Shown: piece after piece, positions 26,187 through 32,000 of the stretch
Layout of the letters: the number at the start of each line of letters is the position of its first letter
Position numbering within the stretch: the first letter of the stretch is position 1
DNA from: Nitratidesulfovibrio vulgaris str. Hildenborough
GTDB taxonomy: Bacteria; Desulfobacterota; Desulfovibrionia; Desulfovibrionales; Desulfovibrionaceae
Assembly (NCBI RefSeq): GCF_000195755.1
Contig: NC_002937.3
Span: 2,070,001-2,102,000 of the forward strand
Reading direction: 5' to 3'
Length of the DNA stretch: 32,000 nucleotides
Translations under genes and position numbers: made by a program
The notes under the pieces: generated by a model
The model's input: the letters and a program-made list of their open reading frames with translations, nothing else
What the model was told of the DNA's origin: nothing
The model's database searches: none

Positions 26187-28245
26187 TGTCAGATTCTCCG
26201 GTTTTGATGAACGTCACCTCGAACGCCTTGCATGGTCGGCATTGCTGCAAGCGATTGGCGAAGGTAAAGGCATCGTTCATCTCATAGTGCTGAAAGATGT
26301 CTAGGCCACGATCCAGGGAGATTTTCCAGCCGTGGTCGGTGACGATATGGCGGGCATGGATCGTCCCGGTGCCGTCGAACTCCCAGGTGAAGTTCACTCC
26401 TACGCTGCAGGCGGCTTCCTTCATCTTCTCGAAGTTGTCCTTCTGCTGTTCGCCTTTGAACTCGTCTTCCGTGGTCACCAGATGCACGGACACTTCCTCA
26501 TCCGGGGCCTTGTGTTTGACCACGGTCTCCAAAAATTCCATGAAGTTGCGCACCTGGTAGAACAGGCGGATGTATGGATCGGTGACGGTGATCGTGGTCG
26601 CGCCCTTGAGATAAGGGCCGAGCAGCGTATCGAAGGAGAGGCCCTTCTGGTTCTCCTGGAATGTGAGGTGCTTTTCCTTGAGGACGGGCTCGGCCGGAGC
26701 TAGGGGTTCGGATGGACCTTGGGGCGAGTCCGGTTGCGCAGCTTCCAAGATTTCCCCGTCTTCGCCCTCGGCGATGGTCTTGTGGTAGTAGCCGGGGTAT
26801 TCCTCTTCTTCGAGCGTGGTGACAGGCTTGGCCCGACCATCAGTGTCTTGATAGGTAAAGCGGACGTTGCCGTAGGTGGAGTCGATGCGCATCAATTGGT
26901 CTTTGACGCGCTTGCGGCCTTCAATCGCGAACCTTAGCAGTTCCTCGACCTCTTCCTTTGTTGCTCCACCATGCGGAAAGAGGATCTTCATCAGACCGGA
27001 GAACGTCTTGTTGATGCCATCGCGGTCCCGCGTCGAAATATCGGAGGAGAGGGAGAAGTGGTCCTTGTAGCGGTCCGAGTAATCGTGATTGCGCAGTGAG
27101 CGAAGGATCTCGGCCAGGTAGTCCACCACGAAACCATAACCGTTGGAGAACATCTCGCCCCGGATGATGTCCACCTCCCAGCCGGGGATGTAGAAATGGA
27201 TGCGGTCCAAAAACGCGGAGTCGTAGAATTTGTCGGGCAACTCGCAGAACAGGTCAGAGTGCTTGAGCATGTAGGGCACGGTGTGCTGGGTGTTGCCCAC
27301 GAAAACCATGGACGCCTCCGCGCCCAGCGTCTCGACGCCCCGCGAGAAGGACTTGTTGGCCATGTAGTTCTTCATGATGTCGACGAGGGCCTTGTCCACG
27401 CGCTTTTGCTTTCCGGCAAACTCGTCGAAGGCAACGCAATCCCAGTAGCCGACCAGGCCGATCTTTCCGGAAGAGTTGTTTACGAACAGCTTGGGAACCG
27501 TAACCTCGCCGCCGGAGATCAGGATGCCGTGAGGCGAGAACTCCGAGTAGATGTGCGATTTGCCGGTCCCCTTGGGGCCAAGCTCGATCAGGTTGTAGTT
27601 GCGCTCGCAAAACGGGATCAGACGGACCAGTTGGGTCAGCTTGCTGCGCTTGCCGAACATCTCCGGGTTGAAGCCGATGCTTTGCACCAGCAGGTCGATC
27701 CACTCGTCGGTGGTGAATTGTTTGCGGGCCTCAACATAGCCGTCGAAATCGAAATGGGAGAGCTGGATCGGCTTGAGGGTCGACAATATCCAGGGGCTGG
27801 CGCTTTTGTCTTCGGTAAACTCATATTCCAGATCAGCGATGCACCACACGCCGCCGACCAGAAGCTTGGGGTGCTTTTTTACCGTTCCGGAATCAACAAG
27901 AACCTCTTTTAGCCCTAAGTTGGAGAACTGCGCCTGATAAACATCCTTCTTGTCGTTCAGATCTACACTGATCTTGTCGATGACCTTGTAGCGCCCCTTT
28001 TCCTTGATGTTCGAGCGGACCAATCCGGCTTCGTTCCGGTGAACATAATGCTTGGCAAGGATCTCCTTGACCGTCTCGATGCCGGTCTGGATGGTCGGCT
28101 CATCGCTGGTGGCGCAATACTGTCCTAGCAGGTATTCCAGCACGTAGGAGGGAACGATGGCGTTGCCCTTGACCGTCTTGACGAGATCCTTGCGGACAAC
28201 GAGTCCCGGGAAGTGTGTGTTGATTTTCTGGTCAAGTTCGTTCAT
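26176..28245 (-). CDS. brxL: BREX BrxL-like AAA+ protein with a non-canonical C-terminal MIT_C/PLD-like domain in place of the Lon-protease-like domain
   Basis: 689 aa. The N-terminal ~478 aa are colinear with BrxL (VVRKDLVKTVKGNAIVPSYVLEYLLGQYCA, GPKGTGKSH, GLVGYWDCVAFDEF, FYIPGWE). The C-terminal 164 aa do not look Lon-like (see findings). Confidence 0.85.
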   Translation of the reverse strand: MNELDQKINTHFPGLVVRKDLVKTVKGNAIVPSYVLEYLLGQYCATSDEPTIQTGIETVKEILAKHYVHRNEAGLVRSNIKEKGRYKVIDKISVDLNDKKDVYQAQFSNLGLKEVLVDSGTVKKHPKLLVGGVWCIADLEYEFTEDKSASPWILSTLKPIQLSHFDFDGYVEARKQFTTDEWIDLLVQSIGFNPEMFGKRSKLTQLVRLIPFCERNYNLIELGPKGTGKSHIYSEFSPHGILISGGEVTVPKLFVNNSSGKIGLVGYWDCVAFDEFAGKQKRVDKALVDIMKNYMANKSFSRGVETLGAEASMVFVGNTQHTVPYMLKHSDLFCELPDKFYDSAFLDRIHFYIPGWEVDIIRGEMFSNGYGFVVDYLAEILRSLRNHDYSDRYKDHFSLSSDISTRDRDGINKTFSGLMKILFPHGGATKEEVEELLRFAIEGRKRVKDQLMRIDSTYGNVRFTYQDTDGRAKPVTTLEEEEYPGYYHKTIAEGEDGEILEAAQPDSPQGPSEPLAPAEPVLKEKHLTFQENQKGLSFDTLLGPYLKGATTITVTDPYIRLFYQVRNFMEFLETVVKHKAPDEEVSVHLVTTEDEFKGEQQKDNFEKMKEAACSVGVNFTWEFDGTGTIHARHIVTDHGWKISLDRGLDIFQHYEMNDAFTFANRLQQCRPCKAFEVTFIKTGESDNDH

Positions 28246-28259
28246 CGGTCACCCGTCCT

Positions 28260-30758
28260 TTAAAAGTCGAAGTCACTAGTAAATGAGCGCCGTACCAAGT
28301 ACCGGATCGACTTGTATTCCTTGTAATGTGAAGTCCCGGCGTGCTTTTCCTCCAGCCGTAGAATGACTTCCTGGCCGTTGGCCTCGTCGGCCTTGCGGGT
28401 GAGCACGAAGCGCACCTGCAGCTCCCGCTCCCGGGGATTGTCCGAGCTCAGATCAAAGGTCAGGTCGTGGCTGTCGGAGATCAGGTCGCCTGCCTCGGTG
28501 TAGATGCCAGCCCGCAGCACACGCGGCTGGATCTTGTCCGTCACCGGTCCGGCCTGGTACATGGTCACCACCAATTGCCCGGAGGTGATCACCGAGCTGG
28601 CTCCGCGCAGGATGTCCACCTCGACGGCGGTGACATCGCTCTGGCGCTTCTTGTTGATCTTGAGCACCGGGATCACCACCTCCTGCAACGATGCGCCGCC
28701 ATGCACAAAGCGGCTGCCGGAGCCCTTCAGACGCAGGCGGTTGATCGACTTGGGAATCTGCACCTCCACCTCACCTGCAAGGCCAAGCGGCTCGGGGGTG
28801 AACTTGTGCAGGCTGGATGCCTCGGCAAGCCCCTTGCCGAGCACGAAGCGGCGGTCCCGGAACAGAATCTGTTCACCCTCGGCATCGACCCCGGAAAAGT
28901 CGCTCTCGTCGATGGCGCGGTTCTGGTAGATGAAGCCATGGTCCGAGGTCACCAGCAAGTTGTTGGCGTTGGCCCCGGTCAGCTTCTTGATCAGGCGAAT
29001 CAGCTCCTGCAGGGTTTCTTCCACCGCCTCGAAAACCCGCTCCTCGGATTCACGCTTGTCGCCGGTGGCATCGATGCGGTTGTGGTAGACGTAGATCACG
29101 TCGTGATCGCGCACCAGCGCCCGGCAGTCGTCACCCTTCATGGCCATCAGTTCATCGGCCTTGCAGGCCGTAGCTCGATGACTGATCGCCTGGCCAAGGA
29201 TCTTGATGCGATTGGCCGTACCCTGCGAACTTTGCCCATCCACCAGCACGGTACCGGTTTCATTGTCGGCAATCGCCAACGCCTTGTTGGGCAACAGCGC
29301 CGCCATACCGAGCTGGGTGTAGCTGGGCAGCATTGAAAGGGCCGGTTCCAGTTCTGCGCTGTAACGATCCTCCTGACGGATCAGGCTCAGCAGCTCATCA
29401 CCGATCTCGTAGCGCATGGCATCGGAGATGATCACGCAGACCTTGTTATCCTTGCGCAGGAACGGCCGGACCCAGTGCTCGAAAAACTCCTTCTGCTTGC
29501 GCACCGGGAAGGCTTCCCACTTCGTTGCCGCGTCCACGAAGGTCTGGAAACGGTCGCCCAGCTTCAGCAGGTAGTTGTTGGAGTAGAGGTTTTCGACCTG
29601 GTCGGTCAGGCTGCCCATCAGCGACGCCTGCCCCGACATGCGCACGTGGTAAGTGAACTTGCGGTAGAGCTGATCCAGCTGATACCAGAAGCGGCTGTAG
29701 CGCTGCACGCCCTCGGCCAGGCTGTCCATGGCGAGCTTGGCCTCGCCCAGGGCATTGGTAAACTGGGCGGCGTAATCGACCGCCTCGTACAGATGCCGGT
29801 ATTCGCGATACCAGTGCCCTTGCCGCCGCTGGCGAACCCAGATCGCCACGTCACCGCTGGAGGCCGTGCGGGCTGCCACCGCCCGCACCAGGTCGCTGAT
29901 GATCTTCTGGTCGATCAGGCGGAAGTAATCCAGCTCGATCAACTCGCGGAAATCCCGCTTGGTCAGATCCTGCTCAATGCCAAGGACCTCGGCGCATTCC
30001 CCCGAGAGGGTCTCGAAGCCGCCCTCGAACTGACGGCTATCCTTCCAGCGCTTGAGAAACACCAGGGCGTCGCCGGTCAGTTTCACCTGGCCGTCGGTGC
30101 CCATGGCGTAGCAGGACTTGAACAGCTCGATGGCGAAGTCGCGGATGCCCGGTTCCTCAGACTTGTAGCCATAGCAGCGGGTCATCTGTTCCCAGAGGAA
30201 ACCGTCCAGGCTGCACCGGCCAACCAGCTTGATCTTCTCGTCGCGACCGTCGGCCAGCTCCTGCAGCAGGTTTTCCACCACCGCATCCATGCGCGGCTCG
30301 CTGCCGGTGCATACCGCCAGCATCTTCAGGCGAATCTGCCCGGCGGTGTCGTCGGCTTTCAGCAGCTTCTTGAGGGCGTCCTTGCGTTTGATCGCTTGAA
30401 AGAACTCCGCATGGGCCTGCACCACATCCGTGAACTCCAGGCCGAGCTCCAGTTCGGACAGCCAGATGGCCACCTGATCGGTGCGGAACTCGCCGTGGGC
30501 CAGTTGCACATCCAGCAGCCAGTTATCCAGATCGGCGGGCTGAGGGCCTTCTCGGTAGAGCAGGAATTTCTGTTCCGGTTGCTCGCGCAGCAGCTTGTAC
30601 TTGATGCCGTACTCGTTGTTGGTCAGTTCCAGCTTTTCGACACCGGGTAGATGAAGTGCCTCGAAATCGTCGCGCAACTCCAGCTTGGCGTCGTACCAGA
30701 AGACGATCCGGTGCCGGTCGAAGAGTTTGGTCAGGGCCTGGGCAATGCGGTCGTTCAT
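28260..30758 (-). CDS. pglZ: BREX-1 alkaline-phosphatase-superfamily protein PglZ
   Basis: 832 aa with the typical N-terminus MNDRIAQALTKLFDRHRIVFWYD and a PglZ core (VIISDAMRYE ... TSDHGF). It lies between pglX and brxL. Confidence 0.9.
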   Translation of the reverse strand: MNDRIAQALTKLFDRHRIVFWYDAKLELRDDFEALHLPGVEKLELTNNEYGIKYKLLREQPEQKFLLYREGPQPADLDNWLLDVQLAHGEFRTDQVAIWLSELELGLEFTDVVQAHAEFFQAIKRKDALKKLLKADDTAGQIRLKMLAVCTGSEPRMDAVVENLLQELADGRDEKIKLVGRCSLDGFLWEQMTRCYGYKSEEPGIRDFAIELFKSCYAMGTDGQVKLTGDALVFLKRWKDSRQFEGGFETLSGECAEVLGIEQDLTKRDFRELIELDYFRLIDQKIISDLVRAVAARTASSGDVAIWVRQRRQGHWYREYRHLYEAVDYAAQFTNALGEAKLAMDSLAEGVQRYSRFWYQLDQLYRKFTYHVRMSGQASLMGSLTDQVENLYSNNYLLKLGDRFQTFVDAATKWEAFPVRKQKEFFEHWVRPFLRKDNKVCVIISDAMRYEIGDELLSLIRQEDRYSAELEPALSMLPSYTQLGMAALLPNKALAIADNETGTVLVDGQSSQGTANRIKILGQAISHRATACKADELMAMKGDDCRALVRDHDVIYVYHNRIDATGDKRESEERVFEAVEETLQELIRLIKKLTGANANNLLVTSDHGFIYQNRAIDESDFSGVDAEGEQILFRDRRFVLGKGLAEASSLHKFTPEPLGLAGEVEVQIPKSINRLRLKGSGSRFVHGGASLQEVVIPVLKINKKRQSDVTAVEVDILRGASSVITSGQLVVTMYQAGPVTDKIQPRVLRAGIYTEAGDLISDSHDLTFDLSSDNPRERELQVRFVLTRKADEANGQEVILRLEEKHAGTSHYKEYKSIRYLVRRSFTSDFDF

Positions 30759-31222
30759 GAAAGATTCCTTGAACCGCGAAAGGCGCTAAAATCGCGAAAA
30801 TTAGAGTTAGCAATGCGAACGATTTCAACTTTTGGATATGCGCCGAAGTTGACCAGCAGGCCGAGTTCAAGACCCGTCGCCTTGAGGTAGTTCAAAAGCT
30901 GGGCTTTATGCTCTGAAGCAATCTCTTTAACCGATTTCAACTCAACAATAATATTGCCGTAGCAGATAAAGTCGGGCTTGTAGGTTTGAGATAGGGGCTG
31001 GCTTTTGTATGACAGAAGAAGCTCCTTCTGGGCCTCAAACGGCAACTCCCGTGATCTGAACTCCTTTTCCAGACACTCCTGATAGACAGCTTCAAGGAAC
31101 CCGCAGCCCATTTCTCGATATACCTCAAAGATCGCTCCCTGAATGGCATAGCATTCATCTTTGAAGAGAAGTTCTTCTTTAGCGCCTTTCGCGCTTTTTG
31201 CGGTTAAATCTTCGTGGTTCAT
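30755..31222 (-). CDS. GxxExxY family protein (PD-(D/E)XK nuclease superfamily)
   Basis: 155 aa with the signature GFLEAVY, a D...ELK nuclease-type motif (DFICYGNIIVELK) and the LLNYLKATGLELGLLVNFG tail. Its start overlaps the pglX stop (TGATG) and its stop overlaps the pglZ start (ATGA). Confidence 0.85.
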   Translation of the reverse strand: MNHEDLTAKSAKGAKEELLFKDECYAIQGAIFEVYREMGCGFLEAVYQECLEKEFRSRELPFEAQKELLLSYKSQPLSQTYKPDFICYGNIIVELKSVKEIASEHKAQLLNYLKATGLELGLLVNFGAYPKVEIVRIANSNFRDFSAFRGSRNLS

Positions 31223-32000
31223 CAGTCTTCCTTGGCATCGAGTCCGGGTATTTTCTTTAATGCAGATCCGAGTTTGGGGTAGTTGACCTTCACGCCGTCG
31301 TCGAGGTCGATCTCCACCTGCTCGGTGGCCAGCGGGTAAAGCACCTCGCGCTCGTACTCCTCCATCTCGGCGATCATCTTGGTGATCTTCTCGATCTCCT
31401 TCAGGGCCTTGGTCTTCTCGCCCTGGCTGCTGCTGGCACTGATGCTGACCGCCTCCAGATGGTTCTTGTGCGAGGTGAGCTTGGTGCGGAACTCGCGCAG
31501 GTAGTCGTTGAGCACCACGCTGGCTGTATCCGGGCGGTAGCGGTGCATGTAGATCAGCGCGTTGAAGCTGCCCTTGGGGCTGGAGAACAGCCAGTAGATG
31601 GGGCGCTTTTTGTAGCGTTTCACATGATCGGTGTAAAACTCGCCAAGGAAGTAGTCGCGGATGCTGTAATTGCGCTTGCCCTTGATGTTCAGTGCCTGCT
31701 CGACGAACCGGAGGTTGGCCTCGTAGTGCTCCTCGCCAAAGGCCACACGCAGGAACTTGCGGAAGCGCTCGGCGATGTCGTCGGTGAACCAGTCGCCGTC
31801 CAGCATGGGGATGACGTTGTCGTCATCGGCTGGGAAGCTGGGCTCCGGAACCCGCTTTAGGTAGTCCTCGATGGTCTCGCCCTGGTTGGCCAGGATCAGA
31901 CCCGGCTTATCCAGCGCATAACGTCCAAACATGCAGCCCACGGCATAGGAAACCAGCTCCCGCATGGTGTCGGCCAGCAACAGAGCCTCCAGTTCATCCT
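31222..32000 (-). CDS. pglX: BREX-1 adenine-specific DNA methyltransferase PglX, C-terminal part (5' end outside window)
   Basis: The frame is open to the window edge. The C-terminal region has RPIYWLFSSPKGSFNALIYMHRYRPDT..., typical of PglX and type IIG methyltransferase tails. Its position upstream of pglZ supports the call. Confidence 0.8.
   Translation of the reverse strand, partial: DELEALLLADTMRELVSYAVGCMFGRYALDKPGLILANQGETIEDYLKRVPEPSFPADDDNVIPMLDGDWFTDDIAERFRKFLRVAFGEEHYEANLRFVEQALNIKGKRNYSIRDYFLGEFYTDHVKRYKKRPIYWLFSSPKGSFNALIYMHRYRPDTASVVLNDYLREFRTKLTSHKNHLEAVSISASSSQGEKTKALKEIEKITKMIAEMEEYEREVLYPLATEQVEIDLDDGVKVNYPKLGSALKKIPGLDAKED

Noticed and set aside
27196-30650. Plus-strand ORFs 27196..27912, 28467..29336 and 29475..30650 inside the BREX genes
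   Set aside because: They are antisense to brxL and pglZ, which have strong family signatures, and they contain no motifs of their own.

Overview
High-GC, Desulfovibrio-like DNA in two parts. Positions 1-12600 look like chromosomal backbone. They carry a His-rich hypothetical, a CatB-type acetyltransferase, a P2-type cation ATPase and an SMR exporter. They also carry a partner-switching-like cluster: a STAS protein, an RsbW-like kinase/GNAT fusion and a SulP-STAS-cNMP transporter. At 12605-12649 (minus) only the 3' 45 nt of an initiator tRNA-Met survives, followed by its terminator. A compositionally mosaic genomic island begins immediately to its right and runs to the window end. In order, the island holds a frameshifted tyrosine integrase, then an IS481-family element nested with an exact 7-bp target duplication inside an IS5-like transposase gene. 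Next come a 51-aa BFD-like 2Fe-2S protein whose stop is a TGA at a conserved Cys position (candidate selenoprotein), a secreted thermonuclease and a truncated YagK/YfjJ gene. These are followed by an IS3 (IS407-like) element and a cargo of hcp, a flavodiiron/ROO gene and a frameshifted GGDEF cyclase, bracketed by one full ISL3 element and an identical 134-bp ISL3 end fragment. The island ends with the distal half of a type 1 BREX operon (pglX partial, GxxExxY, pglZ, brxL) and an ISL3-truncated AAA ATPase. The most unusual item is BrxL: its Lon-protease-like C-terminal domain is replaced by a module resembling the MIT_C / phospholipase-D-like domain. No rRNA, CRISPR array or intact tRNA was seen. 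All family calls come from motif recognition by eye; no searches were run.
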